From a virus, in the IMG/VR virus record IMGVR_UViG_3300035210_000132, positions 1-28,595 of that record: a DNA stretch of 28,595 nt. The stretch is one strand, 5' to 3'. Below the pieces are notes generated by a model. That model was not told the DNA's origin and did no database searches. It saw nothing but the letters and a program-made list of their open reading frames with translations. The translations under genes and the position numbers were made by a program. Position 1 is the stretch's first letter, and every line of letters starts with the position of its first letter. Positions 1 to 8,283 of the stretch are shown one piece after another.

Positions 1-160
1 AGGGCTTCCTTATCTACTCCCTGGGCACTACAGCGAGGGGCAGTGCCAATTGCGCACCTGCTCCCGACCGGCAAGGACAGAAGAAGGGGTCGAGCTACCG
101 CCTGGGTATTCCCGATTTCTCCAACTGTTTATCGGCCCAGTGAATCTCTAAGAGGTGAAC

Positions 161-538
161 ATGGTATGCCCAGTCTGTGGAGAAGAACTGGTACGTGGGC
201 AAATGGCACAACGACTACCACCTCCAGAAAAAGTGGACGTAGGGCCGAAAACAGGGATTCTGGGTGTCTACCCCTGCGAGGAGTACGAGGGCGAAGCCGA
301 TACTCTGGTGCACCATCCAGAGTGTTGTGCGGGGTTCTGGGAAGATCTACGTGACCCCTACATTCAAGAAGCCCTCGAAGCAGAAGAAGAGGACGAAGAA
401 CCTTACGTAGAGCCCGACTGTATCTGGTGTAAGAGCAGTACCCATGTGTGGAGTCGTTTCACTGAGGAACAGACCCTGCACTGGTGTTTGAAGTGCCAGA
501 AGGTTTGGGACCAGGACGAGGACGAGGCGGTAGCTTGA
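161..538 (+). CDS. Small acidic zinc-ribbon protein (hypothetical)
   Basis: ORF track 155..538 (GTG). ATG at 161 is preceded by AGAGGTG SD at 151-157. N-terminal CPVCGEEL and C-terminal CIWC...CLKC Cys pairs plus an acidic EEEDEE stretch. Ends just before the hairpin terminator. Start choice (155 vs 161) is uncertain. Confidence 0.5.
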   Translation: MVCPVCGEELVRGQMAQRLPPPEKVDVGPKTGILGVYPCEEYEGEADTLVHHPECCAGFWEDLRDPYIQEALEAEEEDEEPYVEPDCIWCKSSTHVWSRFTEEQTLHWCLKCQKVWDQDEDEAVA

Positions 539-543
539 CAGCT

Positions 544-582
544 AAGAGAAGGGACGAGAGGTTCTTCGCCCCTTCTCTTTTT
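544..582 (+). terminator. Rho-independent-type terminator hairpin between convergent genes
   Basis: Perfect 10-bp inverted repeat AAGAGAAGGG (544-553) / CCCTTCTCTT (570-579) with a 16-nt loop, followed by TTT(T) run to 582. Sits in the 49-nt gap between the + gene ending at 538 and the - strand RNR gene ending at 588, so it may serve both convergent transcripts. Confidence 0.55.
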
Positions 583-587
583 AGCTC

Positions 588-3500
588 TCAGCTACATCCG
601 GTCGTCGTGCCACAATTTATGCAGAGATTGCAGCTTCCCGCTCTACGCGTGAAGTTGCCACAGTTGGCGCAGGGGGGTCCATCGAGATTGACCTTGCCTG
701 TGGGCGCCTTCTCTTGCGGAACCAAAAGCAGAGGGCCCTCGACAAGATCCGTCACCTCGTCCGTGTTGAGGTACTTGTCTAGCCACTGGAAGATATAGTC
801 CACGATGGACTTGCAGATGCGCGTGTGGGGATCTTCGGTGAAGCCTTCCGGGTCGAAGCGCATGCCGATGAACTTGTCCTTCAGAGTGTCGAAGGGCACG
901 CCAGATTGTAAGGCCATCGAAGTAGCAATGCAGAACGCATCGATCATGCCCTGCAGGGAAGCGCCTGACTTGGCTATCCTGACGAAGATCTCGGCCAAAG
1001 TACCATCGCTCTCGTACTGACTGAAGGTCAAGTAGCCGTCTTGCTGGGAGATGGAGAACTTGTGGGTAATACTCTTGCGGGTAGGGGGGAGGGGTCTACG
1101 CTGGCCCCAGGAGAGGGCCTTCTTGGCTTTACCTGATTCCGTAAGGTCCTTGGAGATAGGCTGTGACAGCTTGCACCCGTCTCGGTAGACGGCCACGCAC
1201 TTCAAGCGCCCTCTCCAGGCCCTGAGAAAAATATCCTCAATGTCCTGGACGGTAGCGGTGTGAGGCAGGTTGACTGTCTTCGAGATCGACCCTGAGACAA
1301 AAGGCTGGACGGCTGCCATCATGTCTACGTGGGCTTCAGGACGAATAGCGTGGGGGCCCAGGGCCTCTGCAAAGATGTTCTCGTGCTTGGGGTTGAAGCC
1401 TGGAGCTCCGTGGATGCTCTCGTTCTGGCGGATGTAGCTGAGGATGCCTGTGATGTGTTCCTCGCTATAGCCCAGGTTCTCGAGCGCTGGGCCCACCACC
1501 GAGTTTGGCATGACCAGAAGCCCCTCCCCGACAATCTTCTTGTAGACGACGAAGGCCAGCATGGGCTCGATGCCTGTCGTATCTGCACCCATCAAGAAAG
1601 AGATCGTGCCTGTAGGAGCTATGTTGGTGACCTGGGCATTGCGGTAGCCGAAGCGCTCCCCCGTACGGTAGGCCTCGGAGTAGAGGTCAACTGCGACGTC
1701 GGTCAAAACCTGCCAGCTCTTCCCGATGGGAGTAGGAAGACGCTTAGCAGCATCCCAGTGCTTGCGGATGACTTTGAGCATGGGCTCTCGGTTCTTCTCA
1801 TACTCTGGGAAGGGTCCGAGAACTGCTGCCAGAACCGCAGACTGTCGATAGGCTGCCCCGTTCATGATCGCAGTGATGGCTGCAGTGACGCTGCGGCCTT
1901 CGTTGGAATCATAGGGCAGGCCCCAGTGTACCAGGAGAGCTCCTAGGTTGGTGAAGCCTAGCCCGAGAGTACGAAAGTCATGCGAACGCTTGGCGATCAG
2001 CGGCGATGGGTAGCTAGCGGCATCAACGATAATCTCCTTGGCGATGGTGGCGATCTCGCAGGCGTGCACAAACGCCTGCACGTCAAACTCCTTGCCCCGG
2101 GCGAACTTGAGGAGGTTCAGGGATGACAGGTTACAAGCGGTGTCGTCACTGAACATATATTCACTGTTCGATACCACCAGAGCGTGCTCGAATCCTGGGC
2201 AGCTGATACCGAAGTTGTGGGTCTCTTCCACCTCTATGTCGTAAACCGGGACGGGGCTGTCCAAGTAGAGTATCTCGATGGCCTCTACCCGATCGTTCGT
2301 GACAGACTTGTTCTCTTCGATAAAGGCTGCGAAGTCCTCCCACGCCATCCCCTGAATGTTGCCGCCCAGAGTAGGAGACTGTGCCAAGGGAACCTGGCCT
2401 ACCAGGTTGTGGTCTCTCACGTAGAGATTCCAGCGACCAGGAGTAACACTATTTCCTTTCTTTTTATGGGTCAGTCTGGGAGTAGCTTCGATGGTCTCCC
2501 AGATTTCAACTAGCGTCGCGACTGGAACGTCCAGGAAGCGAGGGTTCTTCTCCCCTGTGCTGTGGAAGACCTTGTGGGCAGTACCGTCCACCAGCTCGTA
2601 GTTGCTGAGGCGGTCATCTTCCGCGTTCTCGTTCTTGTGATGAACCTCCCAGCCTTCTGGGATCTCCCCGTTGGCCTGCTCCCAGAGCCAGCGGTTGAAC
2701 CAGACAGTGCCCTTCGGGGCTGTCGGGATGCCCCGATGGTTCACCGCCCGTCGGTTACTACGAGCCTGGTTGCGCCAGAAGTTCAGCTTCGCGAAGCGCT
2801 GCCCCTTAAGGAGATCCTTCGCCTCAACGACAGACCCATCGCGGAGGTACCAGCGATGTTCGGGGGTACAGAGAAACGACAGACCGCGTTCGGTGCTGAC
2901 CCGCACCAACACCTTCGCATCACCAGCCTTCCACGCGGCCTTGATCTTCTTGGCCACCGGAAGACGCTGTCCGAAGTCATAGGAGAGAGCGAGGGGAAGA
3001 TTCTGACCTGTAGCCACCATTTCCACCAGACGGCGGATCTCGATACGGCCTTCCGACGTCTCGATCAAGGTCTCCCCCACAAAACAGCATGGGTTCGAGC
3101 CGTTGATACGTCCAGAGTTCGGGCAGGTATGCCACTCGTTGATGGTCGTATCGAACTGCATGCCCGGGTCACCACAGAACCACGCTGCCTCGGCGATCTT
3201 GTGCATGAGGTCAGCGGCGTTGTACTCGTGGACAACCTTCCCAGTGGTGACTTCCTTGGTCTGCCACTTGAGGCCCTGCTCCACGGCCCTCATGAACTCG
3301 AAGGGTACCCTAACCGAGTTGTTGGCGTTCTGGTACCCCACTAGATCGTAGATGTTGCCGGGGATGTTCCACTCCGCGGTGTAGCTGCCCGTCGAGTAGA
3401 GGTCATGCGCGACCTTCTCTGCTTGGGCCTTGCAGCTGATGAACCCCGGCTCACCATTTCTCTGCTCTAAAATATCAGGATGATCGACATTCAGGATCAC

Positions 3501-4247
3501 CATCTTGGCTGCCCTACGAGTAGTGCCTCCAGACTTGGTGACCCCGGCCCCGGCATCGTAGTACCTCATGAAAGAGACCGGTCCGGATGGGTTGCCCCCT
3601 CCGGAGAGCTTCTCCCAAGAGCTACGCAGGGGTGAGAGGTTGGTCCCGGTTCCTGATCCGCCCTTGAAGAGGCGCACTTCACGCTTGGCGAGATCAGTGA
3701 TGCTGTCTATCGTGTCATCGACGCTGTTGATGAAGCAGGCCGAGCACTGCGGCTCTTCAATCACCCCGACGTTGAACCAGACCGGAGAGTTGAAGGCATG
3801 CATGCCATTCACCAGCATGTGCAGAAGCTCGTGGCGGAAGATGGCCTCGTTGGCCTCATCGAATACGCCCTGCTTGATTCCTTGCGCTCCGATCCAACCG
3901 GCGACCCGCAGGAACATCTGCTTAGCTGAAGTCTCTTTGATGAGCCGGAGATCTCCGTCTACTAGCTGTGGGACTTTCCGGAAGTACTTCTCGGCGACGA
4001 TATTGGTCGTGGTTTCGTTCCAGAACTCAGGAACCTCGACCCCCTTCTGGCTGAACTTCTCCTTCCCGTCTGACCCAATGATGCCAGCATCACGGGTCAC
4101 CCACCTGATCTTGTCGAACGGGTGGGTATTGTCTGTTGTAAATAAAGTGCGGAGGGTAAGGCCTTTCTTACTCTCTGCAGGGGAGATGTCTACTGGACGG
4201 TGCATACCGCTAGCAGACATGGATGTGTTCTTGCCAGGCCCGGACAT
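588..4247 (-). CDS. nrdJ: Ribonucleotide reductase, class II-like (B12-dependent NrdJ type), interrupted by an in-frame intein
   Basis: 1219-aa ORF. GGGAGG SD sits 9 nt upstream of ATG at 4247. RNR hallmarks: EEPQCSACFINS, GGSGTGTNLSPLRS, and catalytic NxCxE motif (NPC...SE) split by the intein. C-terminal Cys-rich zinc-ribbon tail CANCGNFTRRAGSCNLCINCG is typical of class II RNRs. No ATP-cone seen at the N-terminus. The class call is by motif only. Confidence 0.8.
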   Translation of the reverse strand: MSGPGKNTSMSASGMHRPVDISPAESKKGLTLRTLFTTDNTHPFDKIRWVTRDAGIIGSDGKEKFSQKGVEVPEFWNETTTNIVAEKYFRKVPQLVDGDLRLIKETSAKQMFLRVAGWIGAQGIKQGVFDEANEAIFRHELLHMLVNGMHAFNSPVWFNVGVIEEPQCSACFINSVDDTIDSITDLAKREVRLFKGGSGTGTNLSPLRSSWEKLSGGGNPSGPVSFMRYYDAGAGVTKSGGTTRRAAKMVILNVDHPDILEQRNGEPGFISCKAQAEKVAHDLYSTGSYTAEWNIPGNIYDLVGYQNANNSVRVPFEFMRAVEQGLKWQTKEVTTGKVVHEYNAADLMHKIAEAAWFCGDPGMQFDTTINEWHTCPNSGRINGSNPCCFVGETLIETSEGRIEIRRLVEMVATGQNLPLALSYDFGQRLPVAKKIKAAWKAGDAKVLVRVSTERGLSFLCTPEHRWYLRDGSVVEAKDLLKGQRFAKLNFWRNQARSNRRAVNHRGIPTAPKGTVWFNRWLWEQANGEIPEGWEVHHKNENAEDDRLSNYELVDGTAHKVFHSTGEKNPRFLDVPVATLVEIWETIEATPRLTHKKKGNSVTPGRWNLYVRDHNLVGQVPLAQSPTLGGNIQGMAWEDFAAFIEENKSVTNDRVEAIEILYLDSPVPVYDIEVEETHNFGISCPGFEHALVVSNSEYMFSDDTACNLSSLNLLKFARGKEFDVQAFVHACEIATIAKEIIVDAASYPSPLIAKRSHDFRTLGLGFTNLGALLVHWGLPYDSNEGRSVTAAITAIMNGAAYRQSAVLAAVLGPFPEYEKNREPMLKVIRKHWDAAKRLPTPIGKSWQVLTDVAVDLYSEAYRTGERFGYRNAQVTNIAPTGTISFLMGADTTGIEPMLAFVVYKKIVGEGLLVMPNSVVGPALENLGYSEEHITGILSYIRQNESIHGAPGFNPKHENIFAEALGPHAIRPEAHVDMMAAVQPFVSGSISKTVNLPHTATVQDIEDIFLRAWRGRLKCVAVYRDGCKLSQPISKDLTESGKAKKALSWGQRRPLPPTRKSITHKFSISQQDGYLTFSQYESDGTLAEIFVRIAKSGASLQGMIDAFCIATSMALQSGVPFDTLKDKFIGMRFDPEGFTEDPHTRICKSIVDYIFQWLDKYLNTDEVTDLVEGPLLLVPQEKAPTGKVNLDGPPCANCGNFTRRAGSCNLCINCGTTTGCS
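2166..3086 (-). mobile_element. Intein (307 aa) with an embedded HNH homing-endonuclease motif, inserted in the RNR catalytic NxCxE motif
   Basis: N-terminal splice junction NPC|CFVGETLIETSEGR (intein Cys1 at codon 3086..3084). Block F/G-like VYDIEVEETHNFGISCPGFEHALVVSN|SEYMF, with terminal Asn codon at 2168..2166 and +1 Ser. HNH signature EVHHKNENAEDDRLSNYELVDGTAHKVFH at aa 531-562 (about 2562..2642). Removal restores N-P-C-S-E. The penultimate residue is Ser rather than His. Confidence 0.7.
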
Positions 4248-4309
4248 GACGAGGTGACCTCCCTAGAAAAAATGGAGCTCTAAGCAGCTGGTATCGAAAC
4301 GCTTATGCC

Positions 4310-6361
4310 CTACAAAGCCTGCTTTTGTCGGCGAGGAGGGCGTTGCTGCGGTAGAGGAGACTGTAGAGGATCCATCTGGTTCTCTTGCGATCCACGGGAC
4401 GCGCTCAGCAACTGCTGGACCAGTGTGTAGAGCTGGGGGTTAGCCCCACGCATCTTCCATAGCTCAGTCTGCCTTGCCCCTTCATCCAACTTCTCGAGGT
4501 AGGTAGCAGCACGCCGAGCCAGATACATGAGACTATAGCCGAACTGTGAAGTAGAGGATGTCAGAGGAGACTGCATCTCTGGAGGTACTCCTTCTCCTGG
4601 AACCTGACCCCCCTGCTCTGGGTAAGAAGTCGTGCCCTCGGGCATGCCGGGAGCTGCCTCAGATCCGTGGTCGGGCTGCTGATCTTCTTGCCCGGGAACC
4701 GCTCCTCCAGCAGGAGTATTTCCTTGTTGCGGCTCTTGTCCTGATTGGCCGGGCACTCCTGTCGGGCTCGCTTGTGCAGCCATGGCAGGACTGACACCCA
4801 TCTGCTGCATGATTTTTTGAGCCTGCACCTGAAACTTGGCCGTGACAACCCCAACCTGACCTTGAAGAGCTGCTTGGGCCAGCTGCATCTTGCGCTGGTT
4901 CTCGAGCTGTCTGCCGAGCTCGGCTGCTTTGAACTTCTCTTCCTGCACGATGTCGTAGTCCATCTCGTTCAGGAGGGTGGTATCCGAAACCTTCATCGCC
5001 TGGTTCAGCTGGAAGATAAGAGCCGAACGCTGGAGATCATCTGCCATCTTGAACCGCTGGAAACGCAGCTTGGGACGGTTCCAGCCCATGTAGTCAGCGA
5101 TGCGTCCCAAGATGAAGTCACGCACCATGATGAGCTGACTGACACGGAAACCGAGGAACTGATTCTCTAGCATGCGCATCGAGACGTTCGACCCTGAGTA
5201 CTGCAGGCCACCGAAAATAAACTCGATGGGGACATGCATGCCCGCTACGATCTGCTCAGACCAGGCGCGCATCTCCTGATGCAACATGAGTGCCTTGCCC
5301 TCGCCACCGATGGTCTCATTGCCGATGGGCAGGGGGAGAATGGGAATGTAGTTCGGGTCGGAGCGCCATTTCTGGATCTCGGCCTCGATACGCTTACGCC
5401 ACATGCCCAAGTCGGTTGTCGAGTAAGGATCCGAACTGGCCGAGCCTGCCTGCGGGAAGAGGATACGTAGAGGGACAATGTGTTGCTGGGCGATGGCCTC
5501 TTGCGACTTGCGCAAGACCTGAAGGTAGTACGTATCTTTCAGGACAGGCAGGATGAGAGGCATCCCCCAACCCATGTCCTTCTGGGCGATGGTGGGGCGC
5601 TTCAGATGGAAGATGTTGTCAGAGGTAAACCTTATGGTCTTGGAGCGGCGCATGGCATCGATGAAGATATCGGGGGTCTTCTCGATGATGTGGCGCTTGC
5701 CCATCAGGATCTCGTTACGAAGGCCTTGGGGCAGCTCGAAGAAGTAGTCCGTCTCTCCGGTGGTCTCATTGTGCTCGAGCTTAACTTGCTCCGGATTCCA
5801 TCGAATCAGGCGGATCCCAGCTAGGTTCTTGATGTTGATGTCCTGGACCTTGGCCTCTCCCGTGATCTCGCACTTCTTGCAGTTCAAGTAGAACTTGAGG
5901 TTCTTGAACTTGTACGCGGCCTTCTCGATCGGGACTTCGTGCTTGCATGTAGAGCAGACGAGGTATTTCTGAAAAGGGAAGTGGATCGAGACGAAGGCAT
6001 TACCGTAGGTGTGGAAGTCCAGGCCGACTTCGATCTGGAAGAGTCTGAGCCGAAGCTTGTTCTCCGAGATGTCTTCCCACTTCTCACGGTTCTTGCTGTC
6101 AGTCTCATCGAAGATGATCGGAGTGATGGGGTACTCCGACATCTTGTAGACCACCGCATTGATCAGTGGGTTGACCATGAAGTAGTAGCGGCACCAGCGG
6201 AACATCTGCTGGACACTGCTGGGCAGGTAGGTGTGCCCGATGTCGAAGAACGGAGAGGGGTAACGCAAGGCCCCATGATAGAGCCCACCCTCGGTACGCC
6301 CGTGGGTGGTGTCATATCGGGAGACACCTCCTCCCATTCCGAGAGAGTCGGAAATCGACAT
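4310..6361 (-). CDS. Putative portal (head-to-tail connector) protein, T7 gp8-like
   Basis: 683-aa ORF whose start overlaps the upstream stop (TAATG at 6359-6363). The C-terminal region (DLQRSALIFQLNQAMKVSDTTLLNEMD, then a Q/A/M-rich low-complexity tail) resembles the C-terminus of T7 gp8 in sequence style and composition. The N-terminal ~150 aa extension is unassigned. The call is from memory of the gp8 family, not a search. Confidence 0.55.
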   Translation of the reverse strand: MSISDSLGMGGGVSRYDTTHGRTEGGLYHGALRYPSPFFDIGHTYLPSSVQQMFRWCRYYFMVNPLINAVVYKMSEYPITPIIFDETDSKNREKWEDISENKLRLRLFQIEVGLDFHTYGNAFVSIHFPFQKYLVCSTCKHEVPIEKAAYKFKNLKFYLNCKKCEITGEAKVQDINIKNLAGIRLIRWNPEQVKLEHNETTGETDYFFELPQGLRNEILMGKRHIIEKTPDIFIDAMRRSKTIRFTSDNIFHLKRPTIAQKDMGWGMPLILPVLKDTYYLQVLRKSQEAIAQQHIVPLRILFPQAGSASSDPYSTTDLGMWRKRIEAEIQKWRSDPNYIPILPLPIGNETIGGEGKALMLHQEMRAWSEQIVAGMHVPIEFIFGGLQYSGSNVSMRMLENQFLGFRVSQLIMVRDFILGRIADYMGWNRPKLRFQRFKMADDLQRSALIFQLNQAMKVSDTTLLNEMDYDIVQEEKFKAAELGRQLENQRKMQLAQAALQGQVGVVTAKFQVQAQKIMQQMGVSPAMAAQASPTGVPGQSGQEPQQGNTPAGGAVPGQEDQQPDHGSEAAPGMPEGTTSYPEQGGQVPGEGVPPEMQSPLTSSTSQFGYSLMYLARRAATYLEKLDEGARQTELWKMRGANPQLYTLVQQLLSASRGSQENQMDPLQSPLPQQRPPRRQKQAL

Positions 6362-6822
6362 TAACCTTCTCCGTTCACAGGAGCTTGGGCAGGAGCTTGG
6401 GCAGGAGCTTGGGCAGGAGCTTCGGCAGGAGCTGGTTGTCCACGAACTTTCCTAGCTATGGAGAAGGGCAAGCTAGTGAGCTTCCCGCCGAGATAACTTC
6501 CTGCAGAAAAGCCGATGGTGGGCCAGAGAATGCCGCTGTTGGGTCGGTGGATAGCGGCTAGTCCGGCTCCAGCCAAGCCTCCTACGGTATCGCCAACAAA
6601 GCGACTCACTCGTTCTGCTCTGGAGTGGTTTTGCCCTTCGGGATCTTCTTTGCTAAGGGCTTGATGGCCAGACAAGGCGGTTCCTGCTACCATCATTCCC
6701 TTCCCAAGTAGCCCATTTCCCATACCAGGAAGACTAGAGCCATGCCAGCCGGCACGTAGCACGTTACCAAAAGCGATTTTGGTCAGCTCATCGCGAAAGG
6801 CTCGCATAGATATCCTGTTCAT
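6361..6822 (-). CDS. Glycine-zipper small protein with C-terminal (APAQ)n repeat; candidate small virion/ejection protein
   Basis: ORF track gives 6361..6837. I prefer ATG at 6822, which has GGAGAC 4 nt upstream and forms an ATGA overlap with the stop of the upstream gene (6819). GxxxG-rich segments (VGGLAGAGLAAI, GFSAGSYLGG). C-terminus is PAPAEAPAQAPAQAPAQAP. Stop overlaps the portal ATG (TAATG). Confidence 0.5.
   Translation of the reverse strand: MNRISMRAFRDELTKIAFGNVLRAGWHGSSLPGMGNGLLGKGMMVAGTALSGHQALSKEDPEGQNHSRAERVSRFVGDTVGGLAGAGLAAIHRPNSGILWPTIGFSAGSYLGGKLTSLPFSIARKVRGQPAPAEAPAQAPAQAPAQAPVNGEG
6378..6437. repeat. Tandem 12-nt repeat (caggagcttggg x ~4.7) encoding the APAQ repeats
   Basis: Direct reading: 6378-6389, 6390-6401 and 6402-6413 are identical. 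6414-6425 has one mismatch. 6426-6437 is a partial copy. In-frame coding on the minus strand. Confidence 0.85.
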
Positions 6823-7733
6823 GAGGTCTCCAACCAAGTCTGCAGGGAGCTCAGCTGATCGCGTAACTGACGGGTCTTGAACATCCGGTAGTCATTGGCG
6901 ATGATGAGGCGTGCTGCCTCTATGTCATCGGGAACTTCTTTGATCTCCGAAGAGATCTTATCGTGAGGAAACTTGTCCAGGACCTCAAACCGAGCCTTCA
7001 CCGAAGCTGGGTCGTTCATGTTGTACAAGCGCAGACGCTTGCCTTTACCCTTCTTGACCGCCTCTGGATCAGGCTTCTGCGCCAGGGGATGCTCGTGGGT
7101 GTAGTAGCCTGCGCACGAGGTACAAAGCTGGTCGAAAGGTGGGAGAGCCGATGACTTCTTGCCACAATCCAGGCACTCATACATGGGCTGAGTTAGATAG
7201 GGCTGGCAGAACTCAAGCGGCTCAGGAGCGTAATGCACCCCTTCGTGCAGAAAGACCGCTGCACAGTATCTGGCGACCTCTTCACCATAGCTCTCAGAGC
7301 GTACCTGATCAGCCATGTCTACTCCTGCCAGCAGGAAGGATAGATCAGGGGGTTGAAGAACTCTAGGTAGGGGTACGACCCCATTCAGGGCAGCGATGGT
7401 CTTCTCGAAGATCTCCCACTGATCCCAGAAAGCGTCCGTAACATGTAGTGTCTGGGTTGCCAGGATCTTCAGGCGATTGACTTCAGCAATAGAAGTAGAA
7501 AAGGTCTTCTCGATCTCCGAGAACAAGGTCTCAGGCAACCAGGTCAGCCACTCCAACTGGAAGTGCTTGATGAGGGTCAGATCCAGCACCACCGGATGGG
7601 TATCTGGGTGCGAGAACAGGCTCTTGGGGCCGATCGTCTTCGGGCCAGGGGCAGGCGCTTCGGGCTTAGCCTCTTCTGCCATCTTGGTCTTGGGGAGCAG
7701 CTGTTCGTAGAAGAGATCCTCAGCGGTTACCAT
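6819..7733 (-). CDS. Hypothetical protein with zinc-ribbon motif (304 aa)
   Basis: ORF with G/C third-position bias. CLDCGKK...CTSC Cys pairs. Overlaps both neighbours (14 nt upstream, ATGA downstream). No SD seen before 7733; the alternative start at 7682 also lacks one, so it probably depends on translational coupling. Confidence 0.5.
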   Translation of the reverse strand: MVTAEDLFYEQLLPKTKMAEEAKPEAPAPGPKTIGPKSLFSHPDTHPVVLDLTLIKHFQLEWLTWLPETLFSEIEKTFSTSIAEVNRLKILATQTLHVTDAFWDQWEIFEKTIAALNGVVPLPRVLQPPDLSFLLAGVDMADQVRSESYGEEVARYCAAVFLHEGVHYAPEPLEFCQPYLTQPMYECLDCGKKSSALPPFDQLCTSCAGYYTHEHPLAQKPDPEAVKKGKGKRLRLYNMNDPASVKARFEVLDKFPHDKISSEIKEVPDDIEAARLIIANDYRMFKTRQLRDQLSSLQTWLETS

Positions 7734-8283
7734 TGGGAGGCCCTGGCTGCTTGTTCTTCTTGGATCCCAGTCCGGCTCCGATACCCGTACCCAGGGTCGC
7801 TCCGATGGCTGGGATGGTCTCTTCCATGCCTTGCACCAGGCGGGTGTTGCCGTGGAACATCTTGCCGGCAGCGGACGCAGGATGAGCCTTGGTCAGGGTC
7901 TCTCCAATGGCATGGAGACCTCCGCCTGCGCCATAACCCAGAGCCCCAGCGGCCAGAATCCGGCGCGTCTTGGAGGGCTTCTCTCCCTTGAGGTACGATC
8001 TGGCGATCGAGGCGCCTCCACCCAGGGCGTAGCCTAGGGCTGCTCCCCGTAGGCCTTTCCCAGGCTTGGCGATATGAGCACCAATGCTGGCTCCCGTCAG
8101 CGGGATGCCCTCGTCGATCAGACCCTCTTTGGCAGAGTGCCAGTCAAAAGCCTGCTTCTCTAGAGCGGGAAAGCGGTCAGCTACCACCGCTCGAACCGCT
8201 ACGTAGTCAGAAGGTAGACCGAGAGCCTCTGACTGAAGCCGCATGGCGGTCTTGACGAAGGATCGAAAGGTAATCGCATCCAT
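7720..8283 (-). CDS. Glycine-zipper small protein (187 aa); possible paralog of the 6361..6822 product
   Basis: Gly/Ala-rich segments GAALGYALGGGASIA, LAAGALGYGAGGGLHAIG and IGATLGTGIGAGLG. N-terminus MDAITFRSFVKTAMRL resembles MNRISMRAFRDELTKIAF of the other Gly-zipper protein. Start shares position 8283 with the upstream stop (TAATG). Confidence 0.5.
   Translation of the reverse strand: MDAITFRSFVKTAMRLQSEALGLPSDYVAVRAVVADRFPALEKQAFDWHSAKEGLIDEGIPLTGASIGAHIAKPGKGLRGAALGYALGGGASIARSYLKGEKPSKTRRILAAGALGYGAGGGLHAIGETLTKAHPASAAGKMFHGNTRLVQGMEETIPAIGATLGTGIGAGLGSKKNKQPGPPNGNR

Noticed and set aside
23-48. 6-bp hairpin GGCACT...AGTGCC in the first 50 nt
   Set aside because: Short stem, long loop, no U-run. 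It may lie within coding sequence of an upstream gene.
43-354. ORF 43..354 (103 aa)
   Set aside because: It overlaps the better-supported 161..538 zinc-ribbon ORF in another frame. It has a Ser/Arg/Gly-rich composition typical of out-of-frame translation.
2160-2175. Alternative intein C-terminus at ETHN|F
   Set aside because: The +1 residue would be Phe, which cannot act as the splicing nucleophile. The VVSN|S boundary restores the NPCSE active-site motif.
3088-3100. tRNA T-loop-like GGTTCGAGCC string
   Set aside because: It lies inside the RNR/intein coding sequence with no acceptor, D or anticodon arms. Coincidental.
1329-3344. Plus-strand ORFs 1329..1946 (205 aa) and 2562..3344 (260 aa) inside the RNR gene
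   Set aside because: They are antisense to a well-supported 1219-aa CDS. Open antisense frames are expected in GC-rich coding DNA. They have no SD and no motifs.
6378-6437. Short tandem repeat as possible CRISPR or iteron
   Set aside because: The 12-nt units are contiguous with no spacers, and in frame inside a CDS (APAQ repeats). This is a coding microsatellite, not CRISPR.
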